Shown here piece by piece: positions 29,301-38,026 of a DNA stretch of 64,000 nucleotides. The position numbers and the translations under genes were made by a program. The notes below the pieces were generated by a model that worked only from the letters and a program-made list of their open reading frames with translations, did no database searches and was not told where the DNA came from. Position 1 is the first letter of the stretch; each line of letters begins with the position of its first letter. Source of the DNA: Pedosphaera sp. (GTDB lineage Bacteria > Verrucomicrobiota > Verrucomicrobiia > Limisphaerales > SIBH01); contig JANOQV010000305.1 of NCBI GenBank assembly GCA_031414955.1, positions 15,885 through 79,884 of the forward strand, written 5' to 3'.

Positions 29301-32149
29301 TGAGAATCCTCGAAGATGAAATTGCCCGCGCGCTCGTAGGCTTTGCTGCGCTGGCTGCCGTTCACGAACATGTGAATGTAGCGCCGGTGATTGTTCACCA
29401 GCCCCAGCCCCTCGAAGATCTTGTAGACCGTCTGCTCCGCCACCGCGCTCTGATCGCTGATGGTGAACTGGTCGGGATTGCCCGGGTTGTTGAGCACGAA
29501 ATCCGTCGCGCCGAGGAACGGATCGTCATCCGGGAAATTCATTTCGTAATCCACGCGCATCGGCCCGGCTGGGCCGGTCGTGGAGTTGGTGCGGTGAAAC
29601 GGGCTGCCGGAGAAGAGCGGCAGGGCGTTGTAAAACACGCGCGCGTTGTTATAGACGAAGGTCGCGTCCATGTCCGTGTTGTCCATCGGGCTGCGCGTGT
29701 GCCAGCGGTTCGAGTTCACCGCGCTGACCCAGAGATGATACGTGGCGAAATCGCCTGACATCTGCACCTCGCCCCAGCGCACCAAGCACTCGCGCACCGG
29801 CGCATCATTCGGCCAGCAACGGTCAAAACCCGGCCTGGGAAAAACCTGGATGGGGAAAGTGCCGATGGCGTTCTGTCCGTCCCGCGCCTCGACGTAGAAG
29901 GGCGTCATCTCGCCCGCCGCCTGGCCGGGAATGGTCGCGCTGTAGATGCCGTCGCCCGCGATGTCGTCGCCGCCCGCTCCGTTGTCGTGCATGGTCACAT
30001 CGGTATAGGTCGAGATCGGATCAATGCGGTAACGCAGCTTGAGGGCCGCGATGCCCTGGCGATCGGTGGCGCGCGCGCTGACGACGACGTTCTCGTTGGC
30101 GACCGGCAGGACGGGCGAATGTTTCACCTCGTACACCGCCGGTCCGGCGTTCGCGATGCGCGTGCTGTTCACCACGCCCGGCGTGCCCAACTTGCGCGGC
30201 AGCGACATGCGCCCGTACGCCTCGGTGGCGCTGCCGTGCATTCGCAGCAGCACCTCGGGGAAGCCGCGCAGCCAGCGCACCTTGGCCCGCATCGAGATGG
30301 TGTGCGGCCCCGCCGTGACGGGATTGGCGAGGGGCTGGGAGAGAATGCGGTTGCTTTGATTGTCGCCGCGCGAGCCGGCGCGCACATGCAGGCTCTTCGT
30401 CCCGGCAAACCCTTCGTTCTCAATGGTCGAGAAATCGTGCGAGCCTTGCAGTGACCAGCCGGCCAGCCCGGATTCAAAGCCGCCGTTGTTCACGAGGTTC
30501 GGTCCGTTATCGACACGCACTTCGAGTTCATCCACAAGGCACTCGCCGAAGCCCTGCAACATGATGATGAGGCTGTCGTTGACCGGGGAACCGAGCGTCT
30601 CGCCGAGCGGGCCGTTGAACTCGATGGCGGTCCACTGGCTCTCGCCGGTGTCGTTGCTGTCCGCCCAGTTGGAGGGATGATGCACGTCGCCTTCGGGATC
30701 GATCAGTTCGAGGCTGCTGCCGAGACCGTCGCTCCAGAAACCCCACTTGCCGCCGTCGCCGTAGGTCACGTCGCTCACCGGCACGTTTAACTTCTCTACT
30801 GTCCCGCCGACGACATCGTAATCAGCCGCCGCCAGCACCAGGCGCTCGCCGCCGTTGGCTAGCTGGCCGGTGAAGGGTCCGAGCAGGTTCACGTTCGTGG
30901 CCAGGTTGGTGTAGATGCCCATGAGGTTCGTGGGATTCCTCGCGATGACGTAATGCGCGCCGGGCGGCATGAGGGCGGTCAGGGCGTTGGTGGGAAACAC
31001 GTAGTTGATGCCGACAATGAATTCCCAGCCCTGGAGGTTCACACCCGAGAGGCTCCGGTTGTAAATCTCCACGTAATCGTCCTCGGTACTGCCGGAGATC
31101 GGATTGAACATGATCTCGTTTATGACCACGCCGTAACGCATCGGATTGGCGTTGGGCGACTCGCGGGTGGGATTGTTCAATCCGTAAATGTTCGGCCCGC
31201 CGTCCGGCCATCGGCCCTGCGAGATGTTGTTGGACGCGCCGCGGAAGTCGATGACGTCGAGGATCCGGGTGGCATTGGAGTTCCACAGGAAAATCGTTTC
31301 GCCGCCGGCGAACAACTCGAAGCCGAGCTCGTTTTGATCCCAACTGAAAAAGCCGCGCGCCGGGATCACGGTGCCGTCGGGGATGCGGTACTTGTTGGTC
31401 AACGGATCGTCGCTCAGGTAGGCGCCGCTGATGTCCACGTCCTGGTTGCTGTGGTTGTAAATCTCGATCCAGTCGAGCGGGTCGCTGTGGTTCAGCCACT
31501 CATTGATGACGATGGAGGCCATTGGGTCGTAGGTGATCGGGTCTGGCCCGCCCGGCGAGCCGCCCACGCGGTCGCTTTCCGCCCAGGCTTGATAGTTGTC
31601 CTCACCCCAGGACGGTCGCACCAGAGAGAGCGAGTGACCGGGACCATCTGCCGCCTCGGGCCAGGGAGGTGAGTCGCGGTAATTGATCTCCAGCAGCACG
31701 GCCCCCAGTCTGTTGCGCAGCCGCACGATGCCCTGATCGGTGGGCAGTCGGTTGGTATTGGCTCCGACCCACGGTCCGAGGATGTTGGTGAGGCCATAGT
31801 TGGTTTGAATCAACCCCGGCACCCGCGCCACGACCACGTAGCCACCCGCGCGCAGGAGGGTGTTCGAGGGAAACGTGTAACTCACCGAACCGTTGATGGA
31901 GTAGCCGCTGATGTCCTCGTCCCACGGCTTGGAATTAAACACCTCGATGAACTCATGAGTCTGGTTCGTGCTCAGGCCGGGGATGGCCTTGGGGTTGTAC
32001 ATGATCTCCGTAATGGCGAAGCCGGACTTGCGGCTGGAAGGACCGGGCGGTTCCCGATCCAGGGTGAACTGGGCGTTCACCGACCAGCACGATTGCAGGA
32101 CACAGAGTGAAAGGAACAACGTCCTCAAGCGGGGAACAAGGTTTTCCAT
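26345..32149 (-). CDS. Giant secreted lamin-tail-domain / CotH-kinase-family protein
   Basis: Signal peptide and repeated (I/L)(N/T)E...N....D/EFIE.YN LTD modules with TPG..N ends. CotH-like core GNFDSYG...KNDYLY...MPWDIDYSLG; C-terminal tail. Confidence 0.88.
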   Translation of the reverse strand: MENLVPRLRTLFLSLCVLQSCWSVNAQFTLDREPPGPSSRKSGFAITEIMYNPKAIPGLSTNQTHEFIEVFNSKPWDEDISGYSINGSVSYTFPSNTLLRAGGYVVVARVPGLIQTNYGLTNILGPWVGANTNRLPTDQGIVRLRNRLGAVLLEINYRDSPPWPEAADGPGHSLSLVRPSWGEDNYQAWAESDRVGGSPGGPDPITYDPMASIVINEWLNHSDPLDWIEIYNHSNQDVDISGAYLSDDPLTNKYRIPDGTVIPARGFFSWDQNELGFELFAGGETIFLWNSNATRILDVIDFRGASNNISQGRWPDGGPNIYGLNNPTRESPNANPMRYGVVINEIMFNPISGSTEDDYVEIYNRSLSGVNLQGWEFIVGINYVFPTNALTALMPPGAHYVIARNPTNLMGIYTNLATNVNLLGPFTGQLANGGERLVLAAADYDVVGGTVEKLNVPVSDVTYGDGGKWGFWSDGLGSSLELIDPEGDVHHPSNWADSNDTGESQWTAIEFNGPLGETLGSPVNDSLIIMLQGFGECLVDELEVRVDNGPNLVNNGGFESGLAGWSLQGSHDFSTIENEGFAGTKSLHVRAGSRGDNQSNRILSQPLANPVTAGPHTISMRAKVRWLRGFPEVLLRMHGSATEAYGRMSLPRKLGTPGVVNSTRIANAGPAVYEVKHSPVLPVANENVVVSARATDRQGIAALKLRYRIDPISTYTDVTMHDNGAGGDDIAGDGIYSATIPGQAAGEMTPFYVEARDGQNAIGTFPIQVFPRPGFDRCWPNDAPVRECLVRWGEVQMSGDFATYHLWVSAVNSNRWHTRSPMDNTDMDATFVYNNARVFYNALPLFSGSPFHRTNSTTGPAGPMRVDYEMNFPDDDPFLGATDFVLNNPGNPDQFTISDQSAVAEQTVYKIFEGLGLVNNHRRYIHMFVNGSQRSKAYERAGNFIFEDSQQPNGDVVAEWYPNDAGGQLFKVEDWFEFGSNGFDVNTYNDADMTRRTIQLNGLQTFVPAPYRFMFRKRSVGVGNSANDYSTIFALIDAASPSDNPNSATVDPEVFATAADYEAWMRHFAVQRAVGNFDSYGWNRGKNDYLYRTALGFAHMPWDIDYSLGLGRPANEPLFETSDPRIAAMYNTPAIQRAYWRAFRDLVNGPFNNAHLDPFIDARVNALLTNNIDIDLNAVTMIKNYIGARSAYLQSQLTSVDAVFAVDAPPYSSTTNNLYIINGTAPVEIKTITLNGAAYPITWSSATTFTLRVVLDAGTNIFTLQGFDRFGIALSNAVQTFAVEYTGPVLDPSGAIVLNEIMSAPANPNAQFIEIVNNSGLVFSLTGWRVPELNYAFPARSMITNGQILVLVRDQSIFRLLHPGVPIFGTFSGSLSPTGQLVSIVRTNLAGDVLVDAVRYEIASPWPGAVPGSSLQLIDINQDNGRPPNWAYDLITRATPGAVNSIAAALVPAFDPLWLNEVQVESINGPLDNFGERDPWVEIFNSGAAPLNLDGYFLANNFTTNLTAWAFPPGTVINPGEHKLVWADGQPLQTTALDWHTGFRLGYNGVLALTRLVSAQPQIVDYLAWSRLGVNTSYGGTQDGQMASRAVLSHPTPAGTNTSPVRRVFINEWVARNTSGARDPATPSGDYDDWFEVYNAESTLVDLGNYYLTDDALNPTKYRVPNNGRYRLVPGAFFLVWADNEASENSPLLIDLHVNFQLGSSSGYIGLYAPDGVTLVDSISYGAQLADVAEGRYTDGASYKSTMFRPTPRGPNSVTNYNTPPFFPVITNRTVLLGQILSVTVRATDPDTNALIYIGDQLPPHSSVLSGGVLRGTNTTLGEFPTVITAVDNGVPPRSNSVSFLITVVSTNSVSTNNAGTPGSIIYSAARVDGQTTFTFDTIPGRTYRVYYKDTVDALMWVQLDRDFVAANPSTSLSDPTAQPQRYYTVVRFD

Positions 32150-32361
32150 GAGTTTGGTGAGCGTAAAGACTCCGATGTTACGAAATGGTTACGCGGATTG
32201 CGGCACTGTTCCGCAGGGCGCGTGCTTTGTCTATGCACCGCGTCCAGATGAGTGAGATTTCATTATCGCTGAGTTGCGGCTTGCTTCGGAGCGGGCGATG
32301 TCTCACGTTCGCCGCCACTTGCAAGGCATCCGGCGCAAGGCGCATGGATGCAGTTGAACGC

Positions 32362-32577
32362 ATGAGCGAACAGGCAATTGAAGTGGAAGGGACCGTGGCT
32401 GTGGTGCTGCCCGGCACTATGTTCCGCGTGGTGCTGGACAACCAGCATGAGGTTCTTGCCCATATTTCCGGCAAGATGCGCAAGCGATTCATCCGCCTGA
32501 CCGCAGGTGATCGGGTGAAGATGGAGATGTCCCCCTACGATCTTTCCAAAGCCCGCATCACCTACCGGCTCCGTTGA
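32362..32577 (+). CDS. infA: Translation initiation factor IF-1
   Basis: [11 protein letters not shown]...[26 protein letters not shown]...GD.V..EMSPYDL.KARITYR; 71 aa. Confidence 0.97.
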   Translation: MSEQAIEVEGTVAVVLPGTMFRVVLDNQHEVLAHISGKMRKRFIRLTAGDRVKMEMSPYDLSKARITYRLR

Positions 32578-32768
32578 TGGCCCCGCCCGGAGCGCGGCTT
32601 GGCTCTCGAGGTGCAGGGCGAGCGGTTTAATTGACGGTCAAATCCCCGGTCGCAAAAGTTTATCCGCACCGGCCCGTGCCTGCGCCACTGCTCGGTAGAT
32701 GCCGGGGCGGTCGGCGGCGGGGGCAGGGAACGCTTTGCATCCGCCTGGTGGGCCGGTTTAATGCGCGC

Positions 32769-33596
32769 GTGGCGACGTTGCGCATCCAGACAGTTCAATC
32801 ACTCGAAGCTCCGGGGCTGGAGTGGTATCTCACGCTCAAGCGCGTGGAGGAGCACGAACGGGCCGGGGTGCTGGTGGCCACGAATGCCAAGGTCGTGCAG
32901 CGGTTGCTGGTCAGTCGTTTCGCCGTGCTCTCGGCCCTGCTCACGCCCGCCTGGTTCGCGCAACTCGAAGCGAAACTGCGCGCCCGCCCCGAGGAGGAGA
33001 TCATCATTCACGTCGCCGAACAGAAGTTGCTGGAAGGCATCACGGGCTATCACATGCACCAGGGCGCACTGGCCGTGGCGAAGATTCCCGCGCCCCTAAC
33101 TTTCGAACAATTGCTGGAGACCTCGCCGCATCCGTTGCTGCTGGCGGCGGTGGAAGGCATTGCCAGCGCGGAAAACCTCGGTGCGGTGGTGCGAAGTTGC
33201 GCGGCCTTTGGCGCGCACTTCCTGGTGGTGGGCGAGACGTGTGGCAGTCCCTTCCAGCGCCGCGCTGTGTCCGGCTCGATGGGTACCATCTTCGAGCAGC
33301 CGGTGGTGCAGGTGGAGAGCCTGGTGGCGAAGCTGACGGCGCTTCGCGCGCGGGGCGTGCGTGTCCTGGCGGCGCATCCGCGATCGGACGCGAAGAAACT
33401 TTCGGCGGTGGACCTGCGCGGCGACTGCTGCCTGGTCTTCGGCGCGGAAGGCCCGGGCCTCACCGAGTCCGTCCTGGCCGCGTGCGACGACATGGTGGAG
33501 ATCCCGATGCCGTCGCACATGAATTCGTTGAACGTGGCCGCCGCCTCGGCGGTGTTCCTTTACGAAGCCAGCCGGCAGCGCGGGGCTGAGAGGTGA
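32769..33596 (+). CDS. TrmH/SpoU family RNA methyltransferase
   Basis: HQGALA, ENLGAVVRS, VFGAEGPGL and IPM...NSLNVAAA motifs. Start approximate (GTG). Confidence 0.88.
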   Translation: MATLRIQTVQSLEAPGLEWYLTLKRVEEHERAGVLVATNAKVVQRLLVSRFAVLSALLTPAWFAQLEAKLRARPEEEIIIHVAEQKLLEGITGYHMHQGALAVAKIPAPLTFEQLLETSPHPLLLAAVEGIASAENLGAVVRSCAAFGAHFLVVGETCGSPFQRRAVSGSMGTIFEQPVVQVESLVAKLTALRARGVRVLAAHPRSDAKKLSAVDLRGDCCLVFGAEGPGLTESVLAACDDMVEIPMPSHMNSLNVAAASAVFLYEASRQRGAER

Positions 33597-33633
33597 AGCG
33601 GTGATGGTGGGGCAAGGAATACCGATGCGGCAC

Positions 33634-33742
33634 GGAGCGCGGGCTTTCCAGCCCGTAGCATTGTGGGACGACGCCAGGTCTCAATGCTGGCGGACGCGCC
33701 TCTCCCATTGAGCGTTGCTGCGGACTGGAAAGTCCGCGCGCC
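33634..33742. repeat. REP/REPIN-like inverted repeat pair (GGAGCGC type)
   Basis: ggagcgcgggctttccagcccgtagca (33634-33660) and tgctgcggactggaaagtccgcgcgcc (33716-33742) are 23/27 complementary. Each arm is itself a small hairpin. Confidence 0.75.
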
Positions 33743-33817
33743 GGTGCCTCCCGCTTCGCGCTGGCTTTTGTCCGCCATCCTGAGTAGAGACGCTCTGCAA
33801 CGTATTCAGAATTATCC

Positions 33818-34558
33818 ATGAACATCACGCGACATAGCAGCGCCGTTCTCGGTGGAGCGGCCCTCATCTTTTCTCTCACGGGCTGCGGTGGCGGCGACGC
33901 CAAAAAACTCCAGGCCGAGAACGAAGCCCTGCGCGCCGAGGTCGAGGCCCTGCGCGCCCGGGCCAGCACGCCGGAAGCCGACGCCGCGCGTGAGGCCGAG
34001 CTCAAGCGCCTGCAAGGCAACGTCCAGGATGCGGCCCGGCTGCGCGGTGAAGTCACCCAACTCCGCACCACCGCCAAGGACGCGGACAAATTGCGCGCCG
34101 AGAACCAGCAGTTGAAGTCGGAGAACCAGAAGCTGCGCGGGGCCACCGTGGCCGCCGAGCCGGCCGCCGCGCCTGCGCCCACGCCCGGCAGCTTCCCGCG
34201 TGAGACCTGGAGCCAGGCCGGCTACGCCTCGCCCGAAGCTGCGCTGGTTTCGGCGATTTACTCCATGCAGCAGGGCAACCCCAGGCAATACTTCGACAGC
34301 CTCACGCCCGAGGAGCAACTGCGCATGGCCAAGGTCTGGGAGAATAAGTCACCCGAGGAAATCGCCGCCAAGCATGTGAGCGACACGTCGAGGATCACCG
34401 GGCTAAAAATCACTCAAACCCAACCCGTCTCCGCCGACGAGTCGTTGATGACCGTGTTCATTGAAGGCGTGAACCGCGAAGAAGTGGTGCGCATGAAGCG
34501 CGTAGGCAACGACTGGAAGTTCGGCGGCTACATCCGCGAGCCGGCCAAGCAGCCGTAG
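33818..34558 (+). CDS. Hypothetical lipoprotein with coiled coil
   Basis: Lipobox LTGC, heptad repeats LQAENEALRAEVEAL, and an NTF2-like C-terminus (MKRVGNDWK). Confidence 0.8.
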   Translation: MNITRHSSAVLGGAALIFSLTGCGGGDAKKLQAENEALRAEVEALRARASTPEADAAREAELKRLQGNVQDAARLRGEVTQLRTTAKDADKLRAENQQLKSENQKLRGATVAAEPAAAPAPTPGSFPRETWSQAGYASPEAALVSAIYSMQQGNPRQYFDSLTPEEQLRMAKVWENKSPEEIAAKHVSDTSRITGLKITQTQPVSADESLMTVFIEGVNREEVVRMKRVGNDWKFGGYIREPAKQP

Positions 34559-34708
34559 CAGCCGACGTAAGGAGGCTCTGATCGAATCCCCTGCCTCACG
34601 CCCAGGCCGCGAAGGGCGCAAAGGTTTTCCAGCCGTCATCTCTTCTTCGCGGCCTTTGCGGACTTTGCGTGAGGAACAGATCGGTGCCGACTCACGTCGG
34701 CGGCTACG
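34554..34708. repeat. Nested inverted-repeat element: GTAG-type REP pair enclosing a cgcaaag-type inverted pair
   Basis: Outer arms cgtagcagccgacgtaag / ctcacgtcggcggctacg are 16/18 complementary. Inner arms 34594-34624 / 34644-34674 are ~24/31. Confidence 0.75.
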
Positions 34709-34713
34709 GAGCA

Positions 34714-37700
34714 TCATCGCGCCGCCCTCAGAAATGTCAGCAGATCCGCGACCTCTTCCTTCGTCAGTTGCTCCGCCAGTCCCGACGGCATCACGGAGAC
34801 GGCGCCGGGGCGCAGGTCGGTGATGTCGTTGCGCGCAATCCGTTGCTCGGTGTTCGGGCCGGTGGCGAGCACGACTTCATCGGCGGCATCCTTGCGCAAC
34901 ACTCCGCTGTATTCCTCGCCATCTTTCGTCGCCACGATCATCGGCTCGTAGCTGCGCACGAAGCTCGCGCTCGGATAGACGATGGCTTCGAGCAAGTCGC
35001 GCTCGTTGCGAATCTGCCCAATCTTCGTGAGGTCGGGGCCGACGTTGCCGCCGAGATAACCAATGGCATGACACGCCGAGCACGCCGTCTTGGGGCTGTT
35101 GAAGATCGCCTGCCCGCGCCGGATGTCGCCGCCCTTCACGGACGCGAGCAGGGTATCGATGTGCTGCTTCTGTTGCGCCGCATCGGTGTTGAGCGAGGCG
35201 AGCAGCGCCTCCGCCTTCTGCTGCACGGTAGCGGGAAAGTTCGTGAGTGCGGGCTTCAGCGACTCGGCTCGCAGCGACGCCACCGACTTGCTCGCCTCCA
35301 GCGAGGAGACCAGTGCGAGGCCGACGTTCTCGTTCGTGGCGCGGCCAAAGGCACCGACGAGTTTAGGAAGCTCAAGGGGGCCGGCGCTTCTCACCGAGTT
35401 GGCGAGCGTGAGCAATTGCACGTCGTTCAATCGCGCCTTCGCAAACACGCTCGCGGCGGCGCTCCGCTCCGAAAGTGAATTGTCCGAGGCCAAGGCGAGG
35501 CGCAGGAAATTGAAGAGGCTCGCGTCGGAAGGAATGGCGTCGCCGGGGAGCGCAGCGAGCGCACTGAGCCGCAAGGTTTTCGACCTCGCCTCATCGCGGG
35601 CCAACGCCTGCAACGCTGCATTGAGTTCCGCCTCTTTTCTTTTTGCGTTGGCGAAGGAACTCGCGGCGGCAATTGCCAGCCGCTGGTTGTTCTCGCCCCA
35701 CTTCGAGTCCAGCGCGGCACGCACCGCATCCGTCCAGGCGTCGGGAATTTCCTTCAACCGGCTGCGCGCCATCGCGCTCAAGGCCGTGGCCTGCGACGCG
35801 GGTTGCCCGGCCATCTCCGCGATGCGCTGCTGCACTTCGGCCTGCCCGGCGCTGCGCGCGAGGATGTCGGCGAACTGTGTTTGCTCCGTCGTGGAACTGA
35901 TCGGCCTGAACCAATCTTGAATCCACCGCGCCACCTCGCCGCCCCACTCGGGGTGATGCGCAACGATCCACGACGCAGATTCCTTCAACAGCGCATTGGT
36001 CGAGGCGAGCAATGGGACAACTTGCGCTGGCTTCAAGTTGTCGCCGGGCATCTGGTCGAGAGCGATGAGCGCGTCACGAATCATGAGCGCCGGGCCTGAG
36101 CCGTTGCCGTAGCCGTAGCGGAGGACGCTGTTCGCGTCTCCGATTTCGAGCAGCGCATAGATTAGGCTGTGCTCCAGAGATCGATCCATTTTCGTGGCGT
36201 CGCCGATGCCAAAGGGAAGGAGCAGGCTGGCAAGGTTGGTCGCGCCGATTCGGCCGATGGCTTCTGCCGCGGCCCGGCGCAGGTGGGCCGGCTGTTCCGG
36301 CCGCAAGAACTCGGCGAGATGAATCGAATCCGTCTCATCGCGCCGCAAGCTTACGGAATGAAGCGCGGCGTGTTTGACGGATTCATCTGCATCGAACAAG
36401 GCCCGATGAATGGCGGCGCGTGCTTGCGGATTGTCCATGCGGGTCAAGGCCCAGACTACATTCTGGCGCTTGCTCGCGCTGGGTGTTTCAGGCTCACGCT
36501 GCTCGCCGAACACACCGGGTGAGTTCATTGGCCGGCAAAAAATTCCGGCCTCGCACAAAGCACCAATTGCTTCGGCACCTTTCTTCCCAAGTGTCTGAAT
36601 CGCGCGACGAGCTACAGCGGGCCGCGAGTCGCCGAGCAATTTCGTCAACGACTTCAGATCGGATTTGGCCCAGTCAATTTTCAAACCTCGCGAGTCGGCC
36701 AGCTTCGTTACGCCCTTTCGCCGCACTCGATAAATCCCGCCCAGCACATCCGGCTTGTGCAGTTGCGAAGTCGGGCAACAGAGCTTGTACCAGCCGCCGG
36801 TGTCCACGACGAGGAGCGAGCCGTCGGCGTCTTCGAAAACGTCGGTGGGATGGAAGTCGGTGTTGTCGCTGACGAGGAAATCGGAGTCGGTGGTCTTGTA
36901 AGTCGCGCCGCTCGGTTCCATCACGCAGCGGACGATCTTGTGCATGTTGAAGCAGGCGACGAAGAGGTTGTTTTGAAACTCTTTTCCGAACACGTCGGAC
37001 TCGTAGCGCATCAGACCGGCGGGCGCGGCGGCACCGAGGTGCGTCATCATCGGCAGCAAGTCGCCAGTGCGCGGGTGGCCGTCGAGCACGTCGTGGTCCT
37101 TGCCATAGACGCCGCCGTAGAGGGCGTGGATGAGTCCGTCGCGCTTGCCGCCGGCGGGGTGCTGGAAAAAGGTGCCGGACAAAATGCGCTCACCCTCGGG
37201 CGTGAAGGCGAGTCCGACGGGATTGTCCATGCCGCCGGTCATCACTGGCTCGACGCCCGTGCCGTCGGGGCGCGCGCGGAAAATGTGCGAGGCGCGGGTG
37301 CTGAATTCCTTGCCGTCCGGGAGCGTGTAGGTCTGTTTGGCGAAGGCGCCTTTGCACCAGTAAATCCAGCCGTCCGGCCCGGCGTAGGGGCCGTGCAGAT
37401 CGTTCGCGCAGCCGGTGAGCGTCTTGCCCTGGAACCATTCCTCGCGCACGTCGGCCACGCCGTCGCCGTTCGTGTCGGTGAGTTTCCAGATGCTCGGCGG
37501 CGCGGCGACGTAGAGCGAGCCGTCGAGCCACATGCAGCCTACGGGGAACATCATCGTGTCGGCGAAGACGATCTGCTTGTCGAACTTGCCGTCGCCGTCG
37601 GTGTCTTCGAGGCGCACGATGCGATGCGGCTTCTCGGCGAGCTGCTTGTCGGGCTTGTCGTTGGAGCCGGACGAGTCGGTGACATAGAGGCGGCCCTGCT

Positions 37701-37869
37701 CGTCGAAATCCGCCTCGATGGGGCGCGGGGCGAGGTTGGTGCCGGCGACGAGTTCAATCTCGAAGCCGTCGGGCAGGGTGAAATTGTGCGCGCCGATTTT
37801 GAATTGCGCGGCGGGCGCGGCGGAGAGGCCCGTCAGCATCAGGCAAACGATGGGAATGAGAGTCTTCAT
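34714..37869 (-). CDS. PVC-type heme-binding CxxCH protein (second paralog, intact)
   Basis: Signal peptide MKTLIPIVCL, LPDGFEIELVA, DTDGDGKFD, GPDGWIY, HEAT repeats, CSACH...GPDLT and SVMPSG. Confidence 0.9.
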   Translation of the reverse strand: MKTLIPIVCLMLTGLSAAPAAQFKIGAHNFTLPDGFEIELVAGTNLAPRPIEADFDEQGRLYVTDSSGSNDKPDKQLAEKPHRIVRLEDTDGDGKFDKQIVFADTMMFPVGCMWLDGSLYVAAPPSIWKLTDTNGDGVADVREEWFQGKTLTGCANDLHGPYAGPDGWIYWCKGAFAKQTYTLPDGKEFSTRASHIFRARPDGTGVEPVMTGGMDNPVGLAFTPEGERILSGTFFQHPAGGKRDGLIHALYGGVYGKDHDVLDGHPRTGDLLPMMTHLGAAAPAGLMRYESDVFGKEFQNNLFVACFNMHKIVRCVMEPSGATYKTTDSDFLVSDNTDFHPTDVFEDADGSLLVVDTGGWYKLCCPTSQLHKPDVLGGIYRVRRKGVTKLADSRGLKIDWAKSDLKSLTKLLGDSRPAVARRAIQTLGKKGAEAIGALCEAGIFCRPMNSPGVFGEQREPETPSASKRQNVVWALTRMDNPQARAAIHRALFDADESVKHAALHSVSLRRDETDSIHLAEFLRPEQPAHLRRAAAEAIGRIGATNLASLLLPFGIGDATKMDRSLEHSLIYALLEIGDANSVLRYGYGNGSGPALMIRDALIALDQMPGDNLKPAQVVPLLASTNALLKESASWIVAHHPEWGGEVARWIQDWFRPISSTTEQTQFADILARSAGQAEVQQRIAEMAGQPASQATALSAMARSRLKEIPDAWTDAVRAALDSKWGENNQRLAIAAASSFANAKRKEAELNAALQALARDEARSKTLRLSALAALPGDAIPSDASLFNFLRLALASDNSLSERSAAASVFAKARLNDVQLLTLANSVRSAGPLELPKLVGAFGRATNENVGLALVSSLEASKSVASLRAESLKPALTNFPATVQQKAEALLASLNTDAAQQKQHIDTLLASVKGGDIRRGQAIFNSPKTACSACHAIGYLGGNVGPDLTKIGQIRNERDLLEAIVYPSASFVRSYEPMIVATKDGEEYSGVLRKDAADEVVLATGPNTEQRIARNDITDLRPGAVSVMPSGLAEQLTKEEVADLLTFLRAAR

Positions 37870-38026
37870 GGCGATTCGGCATTGAACTGCGTTCATGGTG
37901 TGGTCGCCACTGAAAACCGTGGCGAAGGGCAGGGCACTTGGCGGAGCGTTGAGCAGCCGCGCTACGATTTTCCGGCTTGCTTGTGCCGGAGGTGAAGCGC
38001 ACAAACGTCGCCAACACATCTCAATC

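Noticed and set aside
32185..32361. N-terminal extension of IF-1 in the 130-aa track ORF
   Set aside because: The canonical 71-aa IF-1 begins at ATG 32362.
34520..34531. tcggcggctac match to the REP arm inside the lipoprotein gene
   Set aside because: It is short and encodes FGGY in a plausible conserved strand, so it is probably chance.
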